Part shown: in pieces, positions 37,679 to 46,223 of the stretch
Layout of the letters: every line of letters starts with the position of its first letter
Numbering within the stretch: position 1 is the stretch's first letter
NCBI GenBank assembly: GCA_963816145.1
Contig: CAWFJP010000031.1
Span: 512,001 to 576,000 of the forward strand
Source of the DNA: an uncultured delta proteobacterium
GTDB lineage: Bacteria > Desulfobacterota > Binatia > UBA9968
Direction: 5' to 3'
DNA length: 64,000 nucleotides
The notes under the pieces: model-generated
Databases searched by the model: none
Seen by the model: only the letters and a program-made list of their open reading frames with translations
What the model was told of the DNA's origin: nothing
Translations under genes and position numbers: made by a program

Positions 37679-39919
37679 ATGGCCAAGAACAGTTCGATTA
37701 TCGGTGCGGCGGTCGGTCGAGTCGAGGGCGCGGACAAAGTTGGCGGCACGGCGATTTATGGGGCGGATGTGCATTTTGCCGACGCCCTATGGGGGAAGAT
37801 TTTGCGCAGTCCCTATCCCCATGCGCGGATCAAGAACATCGATACTTCAAAGGCGTGGAAAGTGGCGGGAGTGAAAGCGATCGTCACCGGTAAGGACGAG
37901 CCGGACCATTATCAAGGCAAGAGCATTCGCGACATTCCGGTCTTGTGCTGGGACAAGGTGCTTTTTGTCGGCGACCGGGTCGCTGCCGTGGCGGCCGAGG
38001 ATAAGGACGCCGCCGAGGAATCCTGCAGCTTGATCGACGTCGAGTATGAAGAGCTGCCGGCGGTGTTCGATGTGCTCGACGCGATGAAGCCGAATGCCCC
38101 GGTGCTGCACGACAACGCGCCGGCTTATGACGGCGCGCCCAAAGATATCATGGCGCCGGCCGGCGGCAACGTCGTCAACAAGCTCACCTTCGGCAAGGGC
38201 GATATCGAAAAAGGTTTCGCCGAAGCCGATCTGGTGTTGGAACATACCTTTCGCATGCCGATCCATCACCAGGGCTATCTCGAACCGCAATCGTTTCTTG
38301 TGAAAATCGCAGAGGACGGCACGGTTAACGCGTGGGCTTCGACCAAGGGGCCGTTCGGCACGCGCGCGCAATTCGCCAAGGCGGTCGGCATTCCAGCCAG
38401 TCAGATTCATCTGCAGGCGGTCCATGTCGGCGCCGACTTCGGCGGCAAGAGCGGCGCCGGCGAGTTGCCAATTTGCTACTTCCTTGCCAAGCAGGCCAAG
38501 CGGCCGGTGAAGATCGTGCTCTCACACAGCGAAGAGTTGACGGCGATGAATCCCGACCACTACACGGTGGTGAAAGTGAAAACCGGAGTCAAGCGCGACG
38601 GACGGATGACCGCACGCTATTTGCAAGCGATCCATGGCACCGGCGCTTACGCCGGCATGAAACCGGGACGGGCGAGCATCGGCGGCGCCGGCTCGGCGAC
38701 ACCGTACAAGATCGCCAACAGTTTCATGGAGGCGCTGCAGGTCTACACCAATACCGTGCCTTGCGGTTTCTGGCGCGCCCCGGGCGCGATCCAGGCGACT
38801 TTCGCCTCGGAGTCGCATATGGATTTGATCGCCAAGGAATTGAAGATGGACCCGGCGAAGTTTCGCATGATGAACCTCGTCGGCGAAGGTGAAGAAAACG
38901 CACTGGGGAGATCTTGGAGCGGCGTGAAGGCAAAGGAGACGTTGAAAGCCGCGCTCGACGCTGCCGGCTGGAAGTCGCCCAAGCGCCCCAATGTCGGCCG
39001 CGGCGTGGCGATGTACGAGCGCGGCACCGGCGCCGGCAAGGTTTGGGTGAACCTCACTGCGGAAGCCGATGGCAGCTTGACCGTGTTCACCGTCGCCGGC
39101 GATCAGGGAACGGGTTTGCAGACCGTGCTCTGCCAGACGGTCGCGGCCGAAATGCAGGTGCCCTATGAAAATGTCCGTTGCCGCATCGGCAACACGGCGG
39201 ATGTGTCCTACAGCGTCGATGTCGGCTTCGGCGGCAGCCGCTCGACCAACATCAACAGCGCCGCGGCGTATCAGGCCTCGGCCGAGCTGCGCAAGAATCT
39301 CTGCGCGCAAGCGGCGGCAATGTTCGGTTGCACGGAAGATCAGGTGATCTATAAGAACGGAAAATTTACCGCTACCGGCGTAAAAGCGAAGCCGCTGGCA
39401 TTAAAGGATGTCGTCAAGGCGAGCGGCGGGCCGGTGACGGTGAGCGTCGAAACCGAGGTGCCGCGCAAGGGCTCGTCGACTTCGTTTATCGCTCAAGTCG
39501 CGGAGGTTGAGGTTGATCCAGAGACCGGGCGCGTAAAGCTCAACAAATTCGTCACCGCCCATGATGTCGGCACGATCATCAACCCACTCGGCCATCAGGG
39601 ACAGATCGACGGCGAAGCGATCATGGCCATCGGCAGCGGCCTGATGGAAGAGCTTACCCACGATCAAGGCAAGGTGACGACGACGAATTTGGGTGAATAC
39701 AAGATTCCCAACATTCTCGATATCCCGAAATTGAAAACCGTCCTGGTGAAAGGGAAAAACGGCCCCGGCCCCTACGAAGCCAAAGGCATCGGCGAGCACG
39801 CCAACGTCACCCCGCCCGCTGCCATCGCCAACGCCGTCGCTGACGCCTGCGGTGTGCGGATATTCGAAACGCCGGTGACGGCGGAGAAGGTGTATGCGGC
39901 GTTGCACGGGAAGGCTTGA
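37679..39919 (+). CDS. Xanthine dehydrogenase family molybdopterin-binding subunit
   Basis: RSPYPHARI, GADFGGK, WRAPG, AHDVG and AKGIGE motifs. Confidence 0.93.
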   Translation: MAKNSSIIGAAVGRVEGADKVGGTAIYGADVHFADALWGKILRSPYPHARIKNIDTSKAWKVAGVKAIVTGKDEPDHYQGKSIRDIPVLCWDKVLFVGDRVAAVAAEDKDAAEESCSLIDVEYEELPAVFDVLDAMKPNAPVLHDNAPAYDGAPKDIMAPAGGNVVNKLTFGKGDIEKGFAEADLVLEHTFRMPIHHQGYLEPQSFLVKIAEDGTVNAWASTKGPFGTRAQFAKAVGIPASQIHLQAVHVGADFGGKSGAGELPICYFLAKQAKRPVKIVLSHSEELTAMNPDHYTVVKVKTGVKRDGRMTARYLQAIHGTGAYAGMKPGRASIGGAGSATPYKIANSFMEALQVYTNTVPCGFWRAPGAIQATFASESHMDLIAKELKMDPAKFRMMNLVGEGEENALGRSWSGVKAKETLKAALDAAGWKSPKRPNVGRGVAMYERGTGAGKVWVNLTAEADGSLTVFTVAGDQGTGLQTVLCQTVAAEMQVPYENVRCRIGNTADVSYSVDVGFGGSRSTNINSAAAYQASAELRKNLCAQAAAMFGCTEDQVIYKNGKFTATGVKAKPLALKDVVKASGGPVTVSVETEVPRKGSSTSFIAQVAEVEVDPETGRVKLNKFVTAHDVGTIINPLGHQGQIDGEAIMAIGSGLMEELTHDQGKVTTTNLGEYKIPNILDIPKLKTVLVKGKNGPGPYEAKGIGEHANVTPPAAIANAVADACGVRIFETPVTAEKVYAALHGKA

Positions 39920-39960
39920 GGCGAGAGGCGTGAGTATGACCGGGAAATAACGGAGGAACT

Positions 39961-40971
39961 ATGAAGGATTTCAGTTGTCGCTGGCGCAATATTTTTTATT
40001 CTCTTTCGGTCCTGCTGATGATCTCGGCCAGTGCTGCGCAGGCGCAGGATAAGATTCGGATCGCCTACAGCTCCACGGATACGCTGAATCAATTGTGGAC
40101 GATTCCACTTGAGACCGGGTTCTACAAAAAGAACGGACTCGATGTCGACATGGTTTATATCGGCAGCACGACGGTCGGTATCTCGGCGATCGTGGCTCAG
40201 GATATCTCGATCGGCAACGCGGCCGGCAGCGGTGTGGCCAATGCCAACGTGCGCGGCGCCGATACCGTCAGCGTCGGTTGCATGATCAATGTTTTGGCTT
40301 ACGAGTTGGTTGTACTCGACAGCATCAAGTCGCCGGAAGACCTCAAGGGAAAATCCATCGGTATCAGCCGTTTCGGCAGCGTTTCCGACGTCGCCGCGCG
40401 GGAGTTGCTGAGAGGAATGGGGCTGCGGCCGATGGACGATGTAAAAATATTGCAGGTCGGCGGGGCGGCGGAGCGGGCCGCAGGGTTCAGCCGCGGAGTG
40501 ATCGCAGGATTTCCATCGCCTCCGGGCAACGTGCATCTTACTCCCTCCGGCGTTCCCTATCGCATCCTTGCCAACATGGCGGATCTGAAGAAACCGTACC
40601 CATTGCCGTTCATCTGCGCGGTGACAACCAAAAGCTACCTGGCGAAGAACCGGCCGATCGTGAAAAGAGTGATGATGGCGCTGATCGAAGGATCGCATTA
40701 CTTCAAAACCAACAAGGAGGGCGCGCAGAAGATCGTCGCCAAATATCAGCGCACCGCCAACAAGGCCTATCTCGACAGCTCCTACGATTCCACAGTGAAG
40801 ATCCTCGAACGCGTGCCCTACACGACTCGCGAGGGCATGAAGATTCAGCTCGACGACGCCTTGAAGCAAACGCCCGGCAGCAAGGTAACCGTGGACAGTC
40901 TGATCGACGACAGCATCGTGCGCGAATTGGAGAAGGAAGGGTTTATCGATCGGGTTTACGCTAGGCAATAG
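39961..40971 (+). CDS. ABC substrate-binding protein (NMT1/THI5-like)
   Basis: Signal peptide; DLKGKSIGISRFGS and ELEKEGFID motifs. Confidence 0.85.
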   Translation: MKDFSCRWRNIFYSLSVLLMISASAAQAQDKIRIAYSSTDTLNQLWTIPLETGFYKKNGLDVDMVYIGSTTVGISAIVAQDISIGNAAGSGVANANVRGADTVSVGCMINVLAYELVVLDSIKSPEDLKGKSIGISRFGSVSDVAARELLRGMGLRPMDDVKILQVGGAAERAAGFSRGVIAGFPSPPGNVHLTPSGVPYRILANMADLKKPYPLPFICAVTTKSYLAKNRPIVKRVMMALIEGSHYFKTNKEGAQKIVAKYQRTANKAYLDSSYDSTVKILERVPYTTREGMKIQLDDALKQTPGSKVTVDSLIDDSIVRELEKEGFIDRVYARQ

Positions 40972-40992
40972 GCAACAGGCATTAGGCAATAG
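40962..40992 (+). repeat. Left heptamer array (TAGGCAA)n
   Basis: TAGGCAA TAGGCAA CAGGCAT TAGGCAA TAG. Confidence 0.9.
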
Positions 40993-41023
40993 TAAGAAAA
41001 AGCGATCTTAGTGTTGGCGAAAT

Positions 41024-41377
41024 ATGGTAAACAGCCACAAGGATCTGCTTGTTTGGCAACGGTCTATGGATTTGGTCGAGTCCGTATACCGGACAACAGC
41101 AAGATTGCCCACTAGCGAACAGTATGGGCTAGTTGCTCAAATGCGGCGGTCGGCGGTCTCGGTACCGTCGAACATAGCCGAAGGATACGGCCGTCAGGCA
41201 ACGGGCGAATATAGACACCATCTTTCGTTTAGTCGTGGCTCGTTGCTGGAATTGGAAACGCAATTGCTGTTATGCCGCCGACTTAACTACATGCAAAAGG
41301 ATGAGGTCGACGCGGTCTTAGAAGAAATTGCCGAGATCAGCAAAATGCTCGGATCTTTGATTTCGAAACTATCCTAA
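41024..41377 (+). CDS. Four helix bundle protein (23S rRNA IVP / bAvd-like family)
   Basis: KDLLVWQRSM, QMRRSAVSVPSNIAEGYGR and RGSLLELETQL motifs. Confidence 0.93.
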   Translation: MVNSHKDLLVWQRSMDLVESVYRTTARLPTSEQYGLVAQMRRSAVSVPSNIAEGYGRQATGEYRHHLSFSRGSLLELETQLLLCRRLNYMQKDEVDAVLEEIAEISKMLGSLISKLS

Positions 41378-41400
41378 CTATTGCCTAATGCCTATTGCCT
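41378..41400 (-). repeat. Right heptamer array, inverted copy of 40970-40992
   Basis: CTATTGCCTAATGCCTATTGCCT; 22 of 23 nt match the reverse complement. Confidence 0.9.
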
Positions 41401-41414
41401 TCCCGGAGGTTCCC

Positions 41415-42110
41415 ATGATCGATCTCTACTACTGGACGACACCCAATGGGCACAAGATCACGATCTTCTTGGAAGAGACCGGCCTGCCTTACAGCATCAA
41501 ACCGATCAACATCGGCAAGGGTGAGCAGTTCGCGCCGGAGTTTTTAAAAATCTCGCCGAACAATCGGATTCCAGCGATTGTCGATCATGAACCGGCTGAC
41601 GGCGGCGGGCCGTTGAGCATTTTCGAGTCGGGCGCGATTCTCGAATATCTCGCCGACAAGTGCGGCAAGTTGTTGCCGCGGGACACGCGCGGCCGCGCTG
41701 AGGTTATGCAGTGGCTGTTTTGGCAGATGGGCGGGCTCGGGCCGATGCTCGGGCAGAATCATCATTTCCGCGGCTACGCGGCCGAGAAGCTTACCTACGC
41801 CATCGAGCGTTACACCAAAGAGACCGAGCGGCTGTACGGAATCCTTGACGAGCGCTTGGAAGATCGCGAGTTTGTCGCCGGTGCGTATACCATAGCCGAT
41901 ATCGCCTGCTACCCGTGGATTGTTTTGCACCCGCGCCAGGGACAGGACTTAAATGACTTTCCCAACTTGAAGCGCTGGTTCGAAACGATTCAAAAGCGTG
42001 CCGCGGTGGTGCGCGCTTACGAGATCGCCAAGACAATCAACGTCGGTTCGGCGGGCATGACTGAAGAAGGCAAAAAAGTTTTGTTTGGCCAGGGAAGACG
42101 CCGGAAGTAG
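41415..42110 (+). CDS. yfcG: Glutathione S-transferase, YfcG/Nu class disulfide oxidoreductase
   Basis: MIDLYYWTTPNGHKI, SPNNRIPAIVD, FESGAIL and GPMLGQNHHF motifs; GGAGG RBS. Confidence 0.85.
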   Translation: MIDLYYWTTPNGHKITIFLEETGLPYSIKPINIGKGEQFAPEFLKISPNNRIPAIVDHEPADGGGPLSIFESGAILEYLADKCGKLLPRDTRGRAEVMQWLFWQMGGLGPMLGQNHHFRGYAAEKLTYAIERYTKETERLYGILDERLEDREFVAGAYTIADIACYPWIVLHPRQGQDLNDFPNLKRWFETIQKRAAVVRAYEIAKTINVGSAGMTEEGKKVLFGQGRRRK

Positions 42111-42115
42111 AACTC

Positions 42116-42156
42116 GTTCCAGACGTTCCAATCGTTCCAGCGGTTCCAACCGTTTC
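42116..42156 (+). repeat. GTTCCA-NNN 9-mer tandem
   Basis: GTTCCAGAC GTTCCAATC GTTCCAGCG GTTCCAACC GTTTC. Confidence 0.85.
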
Positions 42157-42175
42157 GGAGTCGGAGGCAAGGCGT

Positions 42176-43171
42176 ATGAAGTTACGATGGCTGGTGTTCG
42201 CTTCTGTTTGCTTCATGCTTTCGGCGGTGGCTCGGGCGGCGGAACCGCCCACTAAGTTTCTCTTTGCTTACGGCGCCATCGGTGGCAACGCGATGCCGCT
42301 GTGGATCGCCAAGGAGCAGGGGATCTTTCGCAAGTACAATCTTGAGCCGCAGTTGATTTACATCATCGCCGGGCGGGCGATGCAGTCGATGATCGCGGGC
42401 GATATTCAGTTCGGCCTGCTCGGCGCCTCCCATGTGACCAACGCCGTGACCGCGGGCGGCGATATGGTGATGCTGCTCGGCATGGAAGACAAGCTGAACT
42501 ACTTTTTGAACGTGCGCCCGGGGATCAAGAGCGCTGAAGATTTGAAGGGCAAGAAGGTTGGCATCGGCACGCCGTCCGGGTCGCTGGCCATGGCCACCTA
42601 CGTGGGGCTGGATCATCTGGGCTTGGTGCCGCGGCGCGACCGCATCACGCTTTTGAATACCGGCAGTACGCCGGAGCGTATGAGCTCGCTGTTTGCCGGT
42701 GGCATCGACGCAGCATTCTTCAATCCTGAGGTCGAGCAGGTGGTGCTCCAGCAGGGCTTTCCTATGCTGTTCGATCTTGGCAAGGCGAACGTGCCCTACC
42801 AGGCATCGGGTTTGGTGACCTCGCGCAAATACCTGCGCAGCAATCCGCTGATCGTGGAAAATCTTGCCAAGGCGGTCGTCGAGGGTGCCGCGTTCGTGCA
42901 AAATCCGGCGAACAAGAAGATCGTTGTCGACAGCATCGCGCGTAACTTGCGGCTCGACCGGCCCGATCGTTTGGAACGCGCCTACCAATTTATCGCGGAA
43001 ACGATTCCGCGCAAGCCCTGTCCGAGTTTGACGGGCATCGCTTCGGTGTTGAAGTTGATGGCCCAACATGGCATCAACCCCAAAGCCGCGGAGCTTAAGC
43101 CGGAAGATATCGGCGATATGAGCTTGTGTAAAAAGTTGGATGACAGCGGCTTCTTCGCGCGCCTGCAATGA
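42176..43171 (+). CDS. ABC substrate-binding protein (NMT1/THI5-like)
   Basis: Signal peptide; WIAKEQGIF, DLKGKKVG and LDDSGFF motifs. Confidence 0.85.
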   Translation: MKLRWLVFASVCFMLSAVARAAEPPTKFLFAYGAIGGNAMPLWIAKEQGIFRKYNLEPQLIYIIAGRAMQSMIAGDIQFGLLGASHVTNAVTAGGDMVMLLGMEDKLNYFLNVRPGIKSAEDLKGKKVGIGTPSGSLAMATYVGLDHLGLVPRRDRITLLNTGSTPERMSSLFAGGIDAAFFNPEVEQVVLQQGFPMLFDLGKANVPYQASGLVTSRKYLRSNPLIVENLAKAVVEGAAFVQNPANKKIVVDSIARNLRLDRPDRLERAYQFIAETIPRKPCPSLTGIASVLKLMAQHGINPKAAELKPEDIGDMSLCKKLDDSGFFARLQ

Positions 43172-43219
43172 GGTTTTGGCGAATCACGATGCAGGTGTTG
43201 ATCTCGCCACAAAGGGCGA

Positions 43220-43267
43220 CCCCCACCTCTTTCCTCCCCCGCTCGCGGGGGAGGAAAGAGGTGGGGG
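43220..43267. repeat. Perfect palindrome with 23-nt arms (REP-like)
   Basis: CCCCCACCTCTTTCCTCCCCCGC-TC-GCGGGGGAGGAAAGAGGTGGGGG. Confidence 0.9.
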
Positions 43268-43337
43268 ATTAGCCGCATCCTTCAAGTGGGCTCAGGACGA
43301 TCGGGACGCAAAGGGGCACTAAGATTCGGAGGAAGAA

Positions 43338-43408
43338 TTCACCACGAAGCACACCAAGAGCACGAAGGTAAGAAAACTAATTTCCGAACCCTCGTGGCTT
43401 CGTGGTGA
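43338..43408. repeat. REP-like palindrome, family A
   Basis: TTCACCACGAAGCACACCAAGAGCACGAAG ... CTTCGTGGTGA. Confidence 0.85.
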
Positions 43409-43441
43409 GATACTCTGGTTGTCTAGGAAAGGGATCTGACT

Positions 43442-44422
43442 TTGTTGAAAACTATCGCCGCACTCAATCTCGCACTCGTCTTGCTTTTTGGCGTGTCGAC
43501 GCATTTGGCGGCGCAGGAACGGGTCACGGTGCTTTATCCCAGCCCCGCCGGCAGTTGGATGATTCCGGTGATCGCCAAGGAGGCGAAGTATTTCGAGCGC
43601 GAAGGAATGTCGCTCGAATACGTTCGCGTGGGAGGCAGCACGCGCATTGTCGCGGCGCTGCTTGGCGGCAGCGCACCGATCATTCATGCCGGCGAGCCCG
43701 CGGTGATCCCCGCTGTCCAGCGCGGCGCGGATGCGGTGATCATCGCCGCCTTCTGCAATGCCGCGCAGCATCGCTTGATTGTTCGCCCGGAAATCAAAGA
43801 CGTCAAGGATCTCAAAGGCAAGCCGGTCGGCATCACGACTTTCGGCTCGACGTCGGATTATATTCTCCGTTTTGCACTCCAGCGCTCTGGACTCGATCCC
43901 AACAAAGACGTGTCGATCATGCAGACCGGCGGCCAGCCTGAAGGATTGGCGGCGATGACGGCCGGGAAAATCTACGCCCAGCGCATGGGCTTTCCGTTCC
44001 ATATCAAAGCCCAGCAAATGGGCATGCGCGAATTGATCGATTTTTCCAAGCTTGGACTGGAGGAAAATATCGGCGCGATGATTACGACTCGCTCGTTCCT
44101 AGCTCAGCGGCGCGAAACCGTGCTGCGTTACCTGCGCGCCTACATTCGCGGCATGCACCGGTTCAAATCGGACAAAGAATTCGCCAAGCGAGTCTACGGC
44201 AAGTTCGCCTTAATCAACGATGAATCCTTGCTCGAAGCCAACTGGCAGGAATATGCGGCGCATATGTTGCGCTCGCCGCGGCCTACGCTCAAAGGTATTC
44301 AGCAAGTCATCGACAGCGGCACGATCGGGAAAATAGACGTCAAAGCAGAGCGGTTGGTGGATATGTCGCTGGTCAATGAGTTGGAAAAGAGCGGCTTCAT
44401 CGAATCGGTCTACAAAGAATGA
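43442..44422 (+). CDS. ABC substrate-binding protein (NMT1/THI5-like), close paralog of 1924..2913
   Basis: Shares RVGGSTRIVA..LGGSAPIIHAG with the 1924..2913 protein. Confidence 0.85.
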   Translation: MLKTIAALNLALVLLFGVSTHLAAQERVTVLYPSPAGSWMIPVIAKEAKYFEREGMSLEYVRVGGSTRIVAALLGGSAPIIHAGEPAVIPAVQRGADAVIIAAFCNAAQHRLIVRPEIKDVKDLKGKPVGITTFGSTSDYILRFALQRSGLDPNKDVSIMQTGGQPEGLAAMTAGKIYAQRMGFPFHIKAQQMGMRELIDFSKLGLEENIGAMITTRSFLAQRRETVLRYLRAYIRGMHRFKSDKEFAKRVYGKFALINDESLLEANWQEYAAHMLRSPRPTLKGIQQVIDSGTIGKIDVKAERLVDMSLVNELEKSGFIESVYKE

Positions 44423-44545
44423 ACGGAACAGGCGGTCTTGCAATATCGCTGGCTGCGCCTTGAGTTCCCGGCGATGGCATTCGCTGCGTAGCCCGTGAGC
44501 TGATATGTTCCTGCTACGGAACCACGTGTGTAGCGGAGCGCAATC

Positions 44546-45274
44546 TTGATCGAATCACTGCTATTGGCGGTTACCCGGGTGTCAACCTTCTTGGGCAACC
44601 AGCCGCTGACCGGCGCCACCGGTTTTTTCTTCGAACGCGATGGCCGTTTGTTTTTAGCGACCAGCCGGCATGTCGTGTTGGATGAGGCCAGCCATCATCG
44701 GCCGGACCGTTTGGCAATCGAGCTGCACTTGGATGCCATCAATATCGGGGTGGTGACACAGTGGTCGATGCCGCTCTATCGCGGCAGCCAACCGCTTTGG
44801 CGCGAAGGGGTCGATTCCGGCGGCAGCGTTGACGTTGTTGCCTTGGAGATTCAAAGGTCGGCTCTGCCTGAGTCGACGCTTCTGGCCGCGTTTACGCCGG
44901 CCCATTTGGTTGCTCAATTGGATGACATCGAAGTTGGCGCGCCGGTGTTGATCGTCGGTTTCCCATTGGGCTTTCATGACAGTTTGCATCACCTGCCGGT
45001 GGCGCGCCAAGCGGTGATCGCCTCGGCGTTCGGCATTCGCTTCCAGGGCCAAGGCTATTTTCTCACCGACGCGACGATGCACCGCGGCACGAGCGGCGCA
45101 CCGGTAGTCGCGCGCATGACCGCTGAGCGATCCGGACGGGCAGAACTTGCTTGGCTCTTGCTCGGGGTTCATTCGGCGCGTATGGACGTGAGCAACCGCG
45201 ATATCGTTGAGGACGAACGGCTGGACCTCAACTGTGCCTGGTATGCCGATGTCCTGCTGACGCTCACAACATAA
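44546..45274 (+). CDS. Trypsin-like serine protease, no signal peptide
   Basis: ATSRHV (His), VDVVAL (Asp) and GTSGAPV (Ser). Confidence 0.8.
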   Translation: MIESLLLAVTRVSTFLGNQPLTGATGFFFERDGRLFLATSRHVVLDEASHHRPDRLAIELHLDAINIGVVTQWSMPLYRGSQPLWREGVDSGGSVDVVALEIQRSALPESTLLAAFTPAHLVAQLDDIEVGAPVLIVGFPLGFHDSLHHLPVARQAVIASAFGIRFQGQGYFLTDATMHRGTSGAPVVARMTAERSGRAELAWLLLGVHSARMDVSNRDIVEDERLDLNCAWYADVLLTLTT

Positions 45275-45320
45275 AGCCGAGTTGCGCCGTGGCAATCCGC
45301 CGCAAGACCGAAGCGGGCTG

Positions 45321-46223
45321 CTATGAGATGGGTGTGACGGTAACTTTAACTTCGAGTTTTTGTTCGCCGCCGCCGTTGATGACGCCGCGCAGCGGCGTCA
45401 CATCGGAGAAATCGCGGCCCCACCCGACGGTGATATGCTCCAATGAAGGCATGACGTTGTTGGTCGGGTCGAAGTCGATCCAGCCATGGTCGGGAACGAA
45501 CAACGAGACCCAAGCGTGGGATGCATCGGCGCCGACGCGGCGAGATTTGCCGGGAGCCGGACGGGTCAGCAGATAACCGCTGACATAGCGCGCCGCCAGT
45601 CCGGTGGAGCGCAAGCAGGAGATCATCAAGTGGGTGAAATCCTGGCAAACGCCGTGCCTGTGGGTGAAAAAAGTCATCACGGGGGTCGTCACCGTGGTTG
45701 CTTTGGCATCAAACTTAAACTCTGCGTGAATCTTCGCCATCAGCGCCATGGCCGCTTCGAGAATTGGCCGTCCAGCGGTAAAACAATCGCTTGCATAGGC
45801 GCGCAGGCTGCGTTTGACCCGGATGTGCGGCGATTCGAAGAGAAACTGGGTCGCTTCCAATATGGCGGGCTGAGGATGCCTCGCGGCTTGGTAGGCGAGC
45901 ACGTCGCGAACGCTCTCCCAAGCCGAGGAACCGTCAAGTTCGCTCTGCGCCGCCGCCAACTTTACCGTCGTATAGGCAATAATATTCAAAGCTGTGTGCC
46001 CCGACTCAATCGCAACCTCGGTCACCGGGTTGCCGAATGCGTCGATGAATTCACGCCGCAGGGTTGGCGTGGGGGTGATCGCGACGGCATGTTTGATGAC
46101 CTGTTGATGCTCCAAAGGTCGCGGCGTCAGATGCAATTGCTGATGGGACAGCATCACCGGCTCCGAGTAGTGATAAGCGGTGAAGTGTTCGATCTGATAG
46201 AGTTGCTCGCTGTTTGGCGTCAT
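45321..46223 (-). CDS. Transglutaminase family protein
   Basis: GVCQDF, ASHAW and DFDPTN triad; GRDFSDVTP. Confidence 0.92.
   Translation of the reverse strand: MTPNSEQLYQIEHFTAYHYSEPVMLSHQQLHLTPRPLEHQQVIKHAVAITPTPTLRREFIDAFGNPVTEVAIESGHTALNIIAYTTVKLAAAQSELDGSSAWESVRDVLAYQAARHPQPAILEATQFLFESPHIRVKRSLRAYASDCFTAGRPILEAAMALMAKIHAEFKFDAKATTVTTPVMTFFTHRHGVCQDFTHLMISCLRSTGLAARYVSGYLLTRPAPGKSRRVGADASHAWVSLFVPDHGWIDFDPTNNVMPSLEHITVGWGRDFSDVTPLRGVINGGGEQKLEVKVTVTPIS

Noticed and set aside
37679-39919. Aerobic CO dehydrogenase CoxL
   Set aside because: Lacks the AYxCSFR loop and coxM/coxS neighbours
41024-41377. Diversity-generating retroelement (Avd-like gene) or rRNA intervening sequence
   Set aside because: No reverse transcriptase, TR/VR pair or rRNA in the window
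42182-43168. 328-aa antisense ORF spanning a binding-protein gene (also 22061..23092, 23375..24316, 48644..49828 and others)
   Set aside because: Shadow ORFs expected from GC-rich codon bias; no recognisable motifs
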